Shown here piece by piece: positions 9,936 to 19,897 of a stretch of 64,000 nt of DNA. A program made the translations under genes and the position numbers. Origin of the DNA: an uncultured delta proteobacterium (GTDB lineage: Bacteria > Desulfobacterota > Desulfobacteria > Desulfobacterales > Desulfosalsimonadaceae). The notes under the pieces were generated by a model. That model had not been told where the DNA came from. It worked only from the letters and a program-made list of their open reading frames with translations, and did no database searches. Position 1 is the first letter of the stretch. Each line of letters begins with the position of its first letter. The DNA lies in the NCBI GenBank assembly GCA_963826785.1, contig CAWGYD010000008.1, positions 96,001 through 160,000 on the forward strand, in the 5' to 3' direction.

Positions 9936-10082
9936 ATATCCAAATTCAAAATGGATGATGAATCGAAATCACTTTGTACCGGTAGTGGAAAAGCAAAGTT
10001 TTTAATTCGCGTCAGGTATTACCCGTCTGCAGCACTGTACGTCCTGTTGTCTCAACAGATTGACGAACCATGAGGATTATTT

Positions 10083-12362
10083 ATGAATATGGGCAGAAAA
10101 ACAGCTTTTTTAATGTTTGTAATCCTGTGTCTCATTTCGACAGCTTGCGCGGATTTTGAAGAAAAAAAAACGCATTATTTTGAAAAGGGTATGGAATATC
10201 AAAAGGCGGGGAACTATGAAGCGGCAATAATTGAATTTCGAAATTGCGTGAAGATTGATCCTAAATTCGCAGACGCCCGCTACAATCTCGGTCTTGCATA
10301 CCTTAAAACCCGGCAGATAAGCGAAGCACTGGGAGAATTCGAACGGGCGGCAACCCTTGACCCCCAAAATACGGATGCCCTTTTAAAAACTGCTGAAATA
10401 TATTTTCTGGCGGATAAGTTCGATGAAAGCCGGGACAATATTAATAAAATTTTTGAAGTGGACGAAAATTTTCCGGATGCCTTTGCGTTGCTCGCCCGGA
10501 TAGAACTCAGCCAGCAAAATTTGGGTTCGGCCGAGAAGGCAATCGGAAAAGCCCTGAAGTTAAGCCCCCAAAACAGCCGTTACCATATCATTCACTCGCA
10601 TATACTGGGTTCTGAAAACCGATATGGCGAAGCCGAAACCGCATTGAAAAAGGCCATAGAGATTGACCCGCGGCCTGAAAATTTAAAAGAACTTGCCCTC
10701 TTCTTTATTGAACAGAATAACGATCACGAAGCCGAACAGATTCTCAAAGAACTTCTTTCCAGGGACCCGGATCGGCCGGAACCTTATCTTGATCTGGCAA
10801 GATTTTGTATGATGAAGGGTCGGCAATCAGAGGCTGAACAAAATATTCTTGCGGCAATCCGCAAAGATCCGAAATCATGCGAAGCATATATCCTGTTGGC
10901 CGCTTTTTACCAGGAGACCGGGGCCTTCGAAAAATCAGAGAAAGCGTATAAAAATGCCATCGTCAATTCGGATACGCCTGCCGATATTAAAATGATGCTG
11001 GCCGATCTTTATTATGAAAATGAAGAATATGCGCTTGCATCCCGGGAAGTTGAAGGCGTATTAGCGGAGGATGCTCAACATCCCCAGGCAAATTTAATCG
11101 CCGCCAAGTTGAATATCAGGAATAATAAAAATTCAGAGGCGCTGTCAATTCTCGATAATCTTATCCGAAATGAACCCGGCTGCGGGGAGGCCTATTATCT
11201 CAAAGGGATTGCCCTCCTCAACAGAGGTGAAATCGAGCTTTCATTAAATGCGGCAAACCAGGCGCTCAAATTCGACCCGAAGAATGCGGACGCGCTGACG
11301 TTGCGGGCCCATCATCTTTTCCTGAAAGGCGATTTTGAAGCGGCCCGGAATAGCGCCGCAAAAGCCCTGCAGGAGAAACCGGGCAATCTTCGCGCCGGGA
11401 TCATTCTCGCCAAGACCCTCCTATCCCTTGGTGAAATTGAAAGCGCAGCGGCCCTGTTCGAAAAAATGGAAACGGTTGCCCCCGGGAATATTGAAATCAT
11501 GTACAACAAATCTCTGGCTTACCTGGCCCGGGACGATGTTGCAAAGGCCAGGGATTCACTTGAAAAAATTCTGGTTTTAAATCCGGATTTCAATCCCGCG
11601 CTGATCAGTTTATGTCAGATAGCGATTCAGCAGCAAGATCCCGATCAGGCAATTGCCGTAGCCCGAAAACAGTTGCAGAATTCCCCGAACAATCCACATC
11701 ACATGATCTTACTGGCAGAGCTTCTGGACAGATATGCGCAATCTCCGGATGAAGCACTGGCTTTGCTGAAACGGGCCCGTGAAACCGCACCGGAGGTCCC
11801 CGGCATCTATTCCCTGACCGCCAATATTTTGATGAATGAAGGAAAAACTGCAGAAGCGATCAATCAGTATAAAACGCTGATCGAGAAGCAGCCCGATATG
11901 GCCGAAAACCACCTGATTCTGGGAATTTTGCTTGACAGGAGCGGCGATTCCGAAGGCGCGAAGAGCGAATATCTCCGGGTACTGGAACTTCGCCCTGAAT
12001 TTCCGGTTGCGGCAAATAACCTGGCATGGTTGACAGCCAACACGAAGGAACCGGATCTTGGAGAAGCGTTGCGCCTTGCGCTCATTGCAAAAGAAGGTTC
12101 TCCTGACGATCCGTTGATTGCGGACACGCTCGGGTGGATTTATTACAAGCGGGGGGCATACGACCTAGCTCTGACCCAGTTCACGATCGCCACTCAAAAG
12201 CGTTCGGACGCACCCACCCTGCGCTATCACATGGCCCTGGCGCTTTTTGCTAAAGGGGAGATAGACGAAGCGAAAACACAATTACAAACGTGTCTGTCAT
12301 CAAAAGAACAGTTTCCGGAATACACCGAAGCCGCCCTTTTGATGAACAAGATCATCAATTGA
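10083..12362 (+). CDS. prsT: TPR-repeat lipoprotein of PEP-CTERM system (PrsT-like)
   Basis: Lipoprotein-like signal (ISTAC), many TPRs, NNLAW and DTLGWIYY motifs. Adjacent to prsK. Confidence 0.8.
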   Translation: MNMGRKTAFLMFVILCLISTACADFEEKKTHYFEKGMEYQKAGNYEAAIIEFRNCVKIDPKFADARYNLGLAYLKTRQISEALGEFERAATLDPQNTDALLKTAEIYFLADKFDESRDNINKIFEVDENFPDAFALLARIELSQQNLGSAEKAIGKALKLSPQNSRYHIIHSHILGSENRYGEAETALKKAIEIDPRPENLKELALFFIEQNNDHEAEQILKELLSRDPDRPEPYLDLARFCMMKGRQSEAEQNILAAIRKDPKSCEAYILLAAFYQETGAFEKSEKAYKNAIVNSDTPADIKMMLADLYYENEEYALASREVEGVLAEDAQHPQANLIAAKLNIRNNKNSEALSILDNLIRNEPGCGEAYYLKGIALLNRGEIELSLNAANQALKFDPKNADALTLRAHHLFLKGDFEAARNSAAKALQEKPGNLRAGIILAKTLLSLGEIESAAALFEKMETVAPGNIEIMYNKSLAYLARDDVAKARDSLEKILVLNPDFNPALISLCQIAIQQQDPDQAIAVARKQLQNSPNNPHHMILLAELLDRYAQSPDEALALLKRARETAPEVPGIYSLTANILMNEGKTAEAINQYKTLIEKQPDMAENHLILGILLDRSGDSEGAKSEYLRVLELRPEFPVAANNLAWLTANTKEPDLGEALRLALIAKEGSPDDPLIADTLGWIYYKRGAYDLALTQFTIATQKRSDAPTLRYHMALALFAKGEIDEAKTQLQTCLSSKEQFPEYTEAALLMNKIIN

Positions 12363-12420
12363 CCGGGTCTGCTTTTCGAACTCGAAGCGCCTGATGAGAA
12401 GTTCCGTGAAACTTTAATGT

Positions 12421-14520
12421 ATGAATGCTGTCATATATTCCTTAAATTACGGGCTGTTGTTTTCCTGCCTTTTTGAAACGGCTTGTCCGCAAATCGAAAA
12501 GCGCTTCTCCCTTGGCCTTATTCGTCTCTTGATATTTTTACCCCTTCTGGCACTCGAATACCTGTATTTCAGTGCATACCTAAGAAATGACCTGGTGGCG
12601 CCGCTTTTCTTTTCAGAAAATGTATTTGCGTTAACCTGTATTCTGCTGGCCTGCAATCTGCCGCCGGTTATCCTCCCTTTATCCGGAAAATCAATCCCAT
12701 TGCGCCTGACGTTCTTTGTCGCCATTTTCGGCCTGGCGTTTGCCGGTGCTCACAAGATGTTCAGGGCGCCGCAATTCAGCATTTATCAGGGCAACCTGTT
12801 TTTCCCTGTTCATGGGCATCTGTATTTTGCCTCGCTATTTTTACTGATCGCCGTTCTGGTAATCGCATGGCGGCTCGAAGCCTTCTGGCGGGCGCTGCGC
12901 CCCAGGCACCGCTGGTCCTATAAATACATGGTGATCGGAATTTTTCTGATCAGTGGAACGATAGGGTGGTCGACCGCTTTGCGGCTGGCGTATTTACATC
13001 TGAACATCAATCATCTGCTTTTGTCGGCGGTTCTTCTGGTTTTTGCCTGGCTTTTGACGGCATATGCGGTCATCGGCAACAGGTTGGTCAATCGCAGCAT
13101 ATTCGTATCCCGAAAAGTGGTATATGCCACGATCGCGCCGGCTGCGTTTGCAGGCTATTTTTTCGCCATCGGCATCATTTCTCTGCTGATGAAAAGCTTC
13201 GGCTGGTCGCTGCACTTTGTTCTGCAATGGGCTCTGGTGATCGGGGGTCTGCTGGTGATTTCCATCATCGCATTTTCAACCAAAGTTCGCGCCAATGTCA
13301 AATATTTCATCAGCACCCACTTCTATGTAAATAAATATGAATATCGCGATGAATGGCTGGCATTTTCCGATTTACTGCACCAGAAATTAACCGAAAACGG
13401 AATATGCGATGCATTGCAGCACATTCTGCAGGACAGCCTGTATACGGATACGATTATAATCTGGGTTGGCGACACAACATCGGGGTTTCGCCTGACCGGT
13501 AAACAGGACGGCATCTCTGATGCGGCTGTCCTGAAAATCTCAGTTCATGACCCACTGATTCAATATTTAAAAAATGCCCCCTACCTGGATTTGAAAGCAT
13601 CCGATTCGAAAGCGCAGTGCCTGTCGAAAAAAGGTGATCATTTCTCATCCATGGGACTGGCGCTGCTCGTGCCGCTGACCATTGGGGAGCATTTTCTGGG
13701 GATCATCGGTCTGGGTTCTGAATACACCGGCGGCAGATACGGCAAGGATGATTTCGACCTGCTTGCAGCCCTCTGCTCCCAGGCGTCCTCCGCGCTGCTT
13801 GCGGTTCGAATGGCAGAAGAACTTGCCCGGGCACGTGAACAATTTGCCTGGGACACGCTTTCCGCATTTGTGCTTCATGATATCAAAAATGCCGTCACCA
13901 TGTTGTCTCTGGTCAAAGAAAATGCCCCCCGGCATATTCAGAATCCCGAGTTTCAGCATGACATGCTCGATGTGGTTGATGATGCCCTGAAAAGAATGCT
14001 GAAGGTGCAGTCGCGCTTAAACAATTTGAATAAAGAAATCACGCCGGTATTGACATCCATAAAAGCGGGGGAATGGGTAAATGACTGCTGTGAAATCATC
14101 GGTAAAAAGCTGTCAAGTGTCAGATTTGATATCGAATGCCGGGATGATTTTTTCATGCATACGGATCAGGACTTTCTGGGCATCATTCTGGAAAATATGG
14201 TTTTAAATGCCATAGAGGCCTGCGCTGGAAATAGGGTGCGGGTATGGATTAAAATTGAATCATCAACAGATGGATTTTTCCTGATGGAATGCACGGACAA
14301 CGGCCCCGGCATTCCACTGGAAATGCTGCCCGATCGTCTTTTTGCCCCGTTTATCACCTCCAAACCGGAGGGCAGCGGAATCGGTATGTGGCAGGCCAAA
14401 AAACTCGTTGAAAGTCTTGGCGGGGAAATCCGGGCACAGAATTCTAAAAGCCGTGGCGCCCGATTTACAATCCGACTGCCTGTAAATCATGAAGCCGTAT
14501 ACGGCCCGGCAATAAATTGA
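12421..14520 (+). CDS. prsK: PEP-CTERM system membrane histidine kinase
   Basis: Multi-TM N-terminus, KYEYRDEWL, GAF region, HDIKN H-box, DNGPG and GSGIG ATP lid. Confidence 0.9.
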   Translation: MNAVIYSLNYGLLFSCLFETACPQIEKRFSLGLIRLLIFLPLLALEYLYFSAYLRNDLVAPLFFSENVFALTCILLACNLPPVILPLSGKSIPLRLTFFVAIFGLAFAGAHKMFRAPQFSIYQGNLFFPVHGHLYFASLFLLIAVLVIAWRLEAFWRALRPRHRWSYKYMVIGIFLISGTIGWSTALRLAYLHLNINHLLLSAVLLVFAWLLTAYAVIGNRLVNRSIFVSRKVVYATIAPAAFAGYFFAIGIISLLMKSFGWSLHFVLQWALVIGGLLVISIIAFSTKVRANVKYFISTHFYVNKYEYRDEWLAFSDLLHQKLTENGICDALQHILQDSLYTDTIIIWVGDTTSGFRLTGKQDGISDAAVLKISVHDPLIQYLKNAPYLDLKASDSKAQCLSKKGDHFSSMGLALLVPLTIGEHFLGIIGLGSEYTGGRYGKDDFDLLAALCSQASSALLAVRMAEELARAREQFAWDTLSAFVLHDIKNAVTMLSLVKENAPRHIQNPEFQHDMLDVVDDALKRMLKVQSRLNNLNKEITPVLTSIKAGEWVNDCCEIIGKKLSSVRFDIECRDDFFMHTDQDFLGIILENMVLNAIEACAGNRVRVWIKIESSTDGFFLMECTDNGPGIPLEMLPDRLFAPFITSKPEGSGIGMWQAKKLVESLGGEIRAQNSKSRGARFTIRLPVNHEAVYGPAIN

Positions 14521-14540
14521 AAGATGCGGGAATGAACATC

Positions 14541-15048
14541 GATGACGCCGTAAAAAGTCGGATTTTACGCTTTCGTCATTCTAAGTTGGTTATAGACTCC
14601 GGTTTTCACCGGAGTGACGAACTTTGGACTTTTTACGGGTTCATCAACATTGATGAAGCCCTGAAAAGCTCCCAGCCCCGCTGCGCGGTGTTTTACAGAA
14701 AGAAACTTTCGAATCGCAACGGCCACCGCCGGCCACACCCCCCTTTTATTCCCCCCTCAAGGGGGGATTAGACCTTGAAATTATGATCAAATTCATCCAT
14801 CGGGGGGGGACACCTCCCTTTAATTCCCCCCTCGAGGGGGGTCAGGGGGGTGTTGGATCTGCGAAAACCAAAGAATGCTATTTATTTTAACCCCTTGTCG
14901 GAATTAAGCTCATTCCGTGGAAGCCTGATTCCCCTCGCCTAACGCTCCAAAAAACCAAAAAAACCGCGAAGGTAAAATATTCGAAAAATCATTTTACCTT
15001 CGCGGCCTGGGCGCCTTGGCGATAAAAAACACTTTTTGCGATTTCATC
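14541..15048. repeat. Composite array of REP/MITE-like units
   Basis: Unit 1 is GATGACGCCGTAAAAAGTC...GACTTTTTACGGGTTCATC (14541-14645). Unit 2 is GATGAAGCCCTGAAAAG...ACTTTTTGCGATTTCATC (14652-15048) and carries CCCCCCTCAAGGGGGG hairpins. Confidence 0.65.
14964..15005 (-). terminator. Stem-loop, probable terminator between convergent genes
   Basis: 15-bp stem CCGCGAAGGTAAAAT / ATTTTACCTTCGCGG followed by a U-run on the minus strand. Confidence 0.55.
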
Positions 15049-15090
15049 AAATATTTTAATTTTTTAAACCGCTGTAAAAAATTCCGACAT

Positions 15091-15585
15091 TCAACTCATC
15101 AGCCGTTTTCGTCTGGATGCGACGAGTCCACCCGCTATACCGAATCCCAGTAAAAGAAGGGTGGCGGGTTCGGGCACGGGGGATGTCGTATTATCACCGG
15201 GAGGATGCTTTTTCCAATCGGTTTTCTTCCATCCTTTTTTCATCCCCCTCATCCACAAGTCATAAGCACCACCGGATTTCCAATTTTTTGCATTTTTTAC
15301 AAAATTGAGATAAAATCCAAGTGCTTTACCCGTCTTGACCGCAGAAAAGCTGGTTGGCCCAAAGGGCGTCGTTTTCACTTCCCATTTTCCCGTGATTTTA
15401 TCCTGAGTGATGATCCAATTACCATGTTTCAAAAATAAGGGTTCTATGACAAAAGATGGATCTTTTGCGAATGAAGATGAATTACGCAAAAAATCAACCG
15501 TATTGAATATGGACCCTGCCGATGCCATGCCAATCCAGCAAAAAACAAATAAAATCGACAATGAAAAAATCATTCGTGTTCTCAT
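15091..15585 (-). CDS. PEP-CTERM sorting-domain protein
   Basis: AGAAAGGA RBS, signal peptide (..GMASA), C-terminal VPEPATLLLLGFGIAGGLVASRRKR. Confidence 0.9.
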   Translation of the reverse strand: MRTRMIFSLSILFVFCWIGMASAGSIFNTVDFLRNSSSFAKDPSFVIEPLFLKHGNWIITQDKITGKWEVKTTPFGPTSFSAVKTGKALGFYLNFVKNAKNWKSGGAYDLWMRGMKKGWKKTDWKKHPPGDNTTSPVPEPATLLLLGFGIAGGLVASRRKRLMS

Positions 15586-15687
15586 ACATGTTTCCTTTCT
15601 CACCCATTTAAGCGTTTCCCGGATTTGAGTCGATATATGCCCGTTCTTTATGCCTGCGAGTTCTTCAACCATTTGGCCTCATAATAC

Positions 15688-15703
15688 TGCAAGACACATA
15701 CCA
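15688..15703 (-). promoter_or_regulatory. sigma-54 -24/-12 promoter
   Basis: TGGTATGTGTCTTGCA on the minus strand with canonical spacing, upstream of the second PEP-CTERM gene. Confidence 0.65.
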
Positions 15704-15766
15704 TGCATTTGAATGCACTGAACTTACTGGATTTAATCTTATCGAAGATTTTGCAGCACCAGGAAA

Positions 15767-15783
15767 TGTAAAAAAAACCGACA
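15767..15783. promoter_or_regulatory. Candidate PrsR enhancer box TGTAAA-N5-CCGACA
   Basis: The same motif recurs at 15073-15089 and, with a 4-nt spacer, at 2226-2241. Lies about 65 nt upstream of the sigma-54 site. Confidence 0.55.
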
Positions 15784-15856
15784 CGCACGCGGTACAGCCG
15801 TTTTGGCCTTGCAAACAGCAGGAGCGGTGCTTGAAAGGAGAATGGGGTTTGACCCA

Positions 15857-17215
15857 TCAGATGCCATGCTTTTTTAGAAGGTCATGGAGCGTGGGGCGGC
15901 TGATTTGCAGAAGTTTGGCCGCCTGGCTGATATTATCGCCGGTCATAAGCAGGGCCTGCCGAATGCATTGATGTTCAGCCTGACCCCGGGCTTCCTGCAG
16001 CGTCTGAACGGTTTCATCCACGTTTCGAAAATTTTTCTCCTCCAAACCCAGGTCAATAGAAGTGATGGTCTGATTGCTATAAACCGAAAGCGCTCTTCGG
16101 ATGCGATTCTGGAGTTCGCGGATATTGCCCGGCCAGTCATGAGCTAAAAGAGCGGATATGGCGCAGGGTGAAAAACAGACCCGGCCCGAGTTAAGCGATT
16201 GTGCTTCCCGGCGGAGAAAGTGCTGAGCCAGCATCATGATATCCTCACGGCGCGCGTTGAGCGGCGGCAGATGGATCGGTATCACATTTAAACGAAAGTA
16301 GAGGTCCTCCCTGAAAATTCCTTCGCTTGTGGACAGTTCCAGATCGTTATGGGTTGCCGCAATGACCCTGGCGTTTACCGAAAGGGTTTGATTTCCCCCC
16401 ACGCGTTCGATAGTCCCCTCCTGCAGAAACCGAAGGATTTTCACCTGCATGGCCAGCGGCATTTCACCGATTTCATCCAGAAATACCGTTCCGGAGTCCG
16501 CTTGCTCCAGTTTGCCGATTTTACGGGCAACCGCGCCGGTAAAGGCGCCTTTTTCATGTCCGAACAATTCCCCCTCCAGCAGATTTTCAGGAATGGCGGC
16601 GCAGTTGATAATCACAAAGGCCTTTTTCGAGCGGGGACTCAACTGATGAATGGCATGAGCCACCATTTCCTTACCGGTACCCGATGCACCCGTAATCAGA
16701 ACCGGGTACGCTGTTCTGCTGACCTTCCGGATCGATGAAAAAAGCTTTTGCATTGCCGGGGATACGCCGAGCATGCCGCACAGGGAAACCACCTGGTCAT
16801 TTTGCTCGCTGAGCTGACGATTGATTTCCTCCAGTTTCCAGATCCTGAAAGTTCTTTTCAGGATAATCGTTAATGTATTCAGGTCTATGGGCTTTTCACA
16901 AAAATCCACCGCACCTGCCGCAACGGCTTTGATTGCATTTTCTTGTTCGGAATTGCCGGTAATGACGATTATCTTTGTCTGAGGTGCGAGGTTTCGCGAT
17001 TCTTTTAAAAGTTTAAAGCCTTCCAATGGCGTATCCGGCGAAGGCGGAAGGCCAAGGTCGAGCGTGGCCACGGGAAAAGCCTGGCTTGACAATAAATGAC
17101 GCGCTTTTTTGCCATCAGCGGCAATTGTAATGTCATAGAGATCCCCCAGTGACCACCGGAGTTGCCTGGCCACTGAAGCCTCGTCCTCGATGATTAACAA
17201 TTTTTCTTTTGCCAC
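15857..17215 (-). CDS. prsR: PEP-CTERM-box response regulator (REC + sigma-54 AAA+ + Fis HTH)
   Basis: KLLIIEDE, LDLGLPP, GASGTGKE, GAFTGA and ISRPTLHDLLKKHG motifs. Confidence 0.92.
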   Translation of the reverse strand: MAKEKLLIIEDEASVARQLRWSLGDLYDITIAADGKKARHLLSSQAFPVATLDLGLPPSPDTPLEGFKLLKESRNLAPQTKIIVITGNSEQENAIKAVAAGAVDFCEKPIDLNTLTIILKRTFRIWKLEEINRQLSEQNDQVVSLCGMLGVSPAMQKLFSSIRKVSRTAYPVLITGASGTGKEMVAHAIHQLSPRSKKAFVIINCAAIPENLLEGELFGHEKGAFTGAVARKIGKLEQADSGTVFLDEIGEMPLAMQVKILRFLQEGTIERVGGNQTLSVNARVIAATHNDLELSTSEGIFREDLYFRLNVIPIHLPPLNARREDIMMLAQHFLRREAQSLNSGRVCFSPCAISALLAHDWPGNIRELQNRIRRALSVYSNQTITSIDLGLEEKNFRNVDETVQTLQEARGQAEHQCIRQALLMTGDNISQAAKLLQISRPTLHDLLKKHGI

Positions 17216-17299
17216 CCATGCCTCCTGCTTCAGCAGCCCTCACCCGGGAAGGTTGATAATTAATATACCGCAAAAACACCCGCAGATCGCTTATCGGGT

Positions 17300-18181
17300 T
17301 TAATGCGTTGACTGGCTGGGCGTAAAATATATTCTATCTGCTGCGATTGGATGATTGGGCAAGATGACGTGATCCGATGGGGAAATATCGAGTTCTTTTG
17401 CGCATTCCTTGATAATTTTCTTTTTAATTGATTTTGCGGAATTGATGTATCCTGTCAATAAAGCCCGGTCCGCTATGATATTGATCAGGCGGGGATATCC
17501 TTTGGAAAAAAGATGAATCCCGTTGATGGCACTGGACTTGAAAATTTTACGACCCGCTCCGGCAACCCCCAGGCGGTATTCAATATATTTTTCGGTTTCC
17601 TTCAAGGAAAGCCTCGGAATATTATAGTTAACCGTAATTCTCTGCCGGATGGCTCTGTTCTCCGGCTGATTCAGAATGTCGTTGAATTCAAGCTGGCCCA
17701 CAAAAAACACGTTGATCAGCTTGATCCCTTTGTTTTCCAAGTTCGAAAAAAGTCTGATTTCTGAAAGGAGTGAATTGCTGAGCAGCTGGCATTCATCAAT
17801 AATCAGCAGCACGCGTTTCCCCTGATAATGCAGCTTGAGCAAAAAATCATTAAAGGCGCTGAGAAATGATCCTTTTGTTTTAAATTTCCCGCCAAAACCG
17901 AAAAGCCTTGATACATAATTGAAGAAATCAAGAGAATCGAGCAAAGGATTACTGACCACAGCCGTCCGGGCATTCCCATGCAGCCATTGCAGAAATGCAT
18001 TTACAATGGTTGTTTTTCCGACACCGACATCACCGGTTAAAAGCAAAAAACCCTTGTTCTCAAGTACGCCGTACTTAAGCGCCGCTAAAGCTTCTTTCTG
18101 CTTATCACCAAACCAGATAAATTCCGGGTCGGTATCAATTTGAAAAGGCTTTTTGCAGAGATGATAATAATCGAGATACAT
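17300..18181 (-). CDS. ExeA/GspA-like AAA ATPase (PEP-CTERM-associated)
   Basis: MYLDYYHL..PF, GDVGVGKTT, LIIDECQ, GQLEF and GYPRLINI motifs. Confidence 0.88.
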   Translation of the reverse strand: MYLDYYHLCKKPFQIDTDPEFIWFGDKQKEALAALKYGVLENKGFLLLTGDVGVGKTTIVNAFLQWLHGNARTAVVSNPLLDSLDFFNYVSRLFGFGGKFKTKGSFLSAFNDFLLKLHYQGKRVLLIIDECQLLSNSLLSEIRLFSNLENKGIKLINVFFVGQLEFNDILNQPENRAIRQRITVNYNIPRLSLKETEKYIEYRLGVAGAGRKIFKSSAINGIHLFSKGYPRLINIIADRALLTGYINSAKSIKKKIIKECAKELDISPSDHVILPNHPIAADRIYFTPSQSTH

Positions 18182-18572
18182 ATTTCTACGCTCATGTTCA
18201 GTTTCTGATATCTTGAGATCAGCCTTTTTGCAGACTCAATACAATTGCCTCTTGTTGACAAACTTAAATCTTAATTTGCGCCTTTCAAATGGCTTTATGC
18301 CATTAAGTCATATTATCAAATGATTATAATCTATTTAGAGACATTCTTTACTGCCCTCCATCTATAATTGGTCCGGACACACGACCAGCCGACAGCCCAC
18401 TTGCCCCCACCCCGGCTTCAAATATTTTCGCCATACCGCTATGGACGCAATTGAATCTTTACGGGTAATGAAGGTGAATCATCAACCATGATTTGATGTA
18501 GTTATTTGAATTATATCTTAATATTCATATTCAATTTGCTTCCTGCTCAAAACCCGCTTATCTTAAAAATCA

Positions 18573-19874
18573 ATGAAAACTTATCTTCGTCATATCCTTG
18601 TTCTTGCCATCGGAATCGCGTCAACTATCTGTTTCATGCAGGGCGGTGCCGGCGCCGCGGTGACGATGTCTCCGGGCATATCCGTTCAAAATACCTATTC
18701 CGACAATATCAACCTGGCTTCGGAAAATGAGAGGCACGATTTCATCACTTCGCTCGGCCCCAGCATCAACTTGGGCATGACCGGGCGGTCTACTGCTTTC
18801 AACCTTTCCTATCAACCGGTTTACGCAAGTTATTTGCGGTTCCCCCGATATAACACCATGCGGCATCGAGCAGTGATGGACGGTTCCCGTCAGATTTCCA
18901 GAACGACACGATTCGAATTCAACGACAATTATCAGTATACTGAAGAACCGCTTTATATCAGTGAAGATGCGCCTTTAGAAGTGGATACCGACATCCTGAG
19001 AGGCAGAAATCCCTATCATATGAATACATCCCGAATCGGTGTTATCAACCAGTTCGGTCCGGAAAATGTTATCGACCTTCAATATGAATATTATTTTCTT
19101 AAGAATGAAAACGATACGATTGAGGACCGCGAATATTATCAACCCGATGTAACGATTACTTTCTGGCCATCTCCCAACCGCATCGGGACTGAATCGGAAA
19201 TCAGTTTTACGCGCAGAAATTTCGATGATTCCGGGGACTATGATGATGTTTATGGGAGACTGAGATTGATACGGCGTTTGGGTCCTCATTTTGACTTCTA
19301 TGCACAATATACGCACGAATTGACCGACTATGTCGATGTGGGCAATGATTATCAGGTCGCCAGCCCTTTGCTGGGATTTATCTGGAATGAATACATGAAT
19401 GCGACTTTTGAGGTGAGTTTCGGTTATTTCAATCAGGAAAAAGAAAAAAATGGAGATGAAAGCGGACCGGTAGGAACGATTGAGACCCGCTATACGTTTC
19501 AAAAAGGGACTGCTGTTTCGATAGCGGGCAGTACCGGATATGATCAGGACACTTCCGGTGCTGAAGTTCTCGGGTTTAACAAGTATTACACGTTCATCGG
19601 AACGCTAAAGCATCCATTGAGCCGGCGATTGATCAGCAATTTTACCGCCGGGTATCGTCAATCCCTCTATACGGAACTGGATCCGGAAAGACAGGATTCC
19701 ATTTGGGAATCTACTGCCGGATTGACATATCAGCCGTTGCCATGGATGACCCTGGAAGTGAAGTATTCTTTCCGCAAAGTCAATTCGGATATCAATGCAG
19801 ATGATTACACGGAGAACCGGGCCGCAATTGCCGTGTTTCTGAATCCGCGCAAGCCGGTGATGTTAATCCGTTAG
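18573..19874 (+). CDS. Outer-membrane beta-barrel protein of the EPS locus
   Basis: Signal peptide, YSDNI, alternating aromatic beta strands, terminal DYTENR strand. Confidence 0.75.
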   Translation: MKTYLRHILVLAIGIASTICFMQGGAGAAVTMSPGISVQNTYSDNINLASENERHDFITSLGPSINLGMTGRSTAFNLSYQPVYASYLRFPRYNTMRHRAVMDGSRQISRTTRFEFNDNYQYTEEPLYISEDAPLEVDTDILRGRNPYHMNTSRIGVINQFGPENVIDLQYEYYFLKNENDTIEDREYYQPDVTITFWPSPNRIGTESEISFTRRNFDDSGDYDDVYGRLRLIRRLGPHFDFYAQYTHELTDYVDVGNDYQVASPLLGFIWNEYMNATFEVSFGYFNQEKEKNGDESGPVGTIETRYTFQKGTAVSIAGSTGYDQDTSGAEVLGFNKYYTFIGTLKHPLSRRLISNFTAGYRQSLYTELDPERQDSIWESTAGLTYQPLPWMTLEVKYSFRKVNSDINADDYTENRAAIAVFLNPRKPVMLIR

Positions 19875-19897
19875 CCGAAGGATAAATTGGAGGGTGT

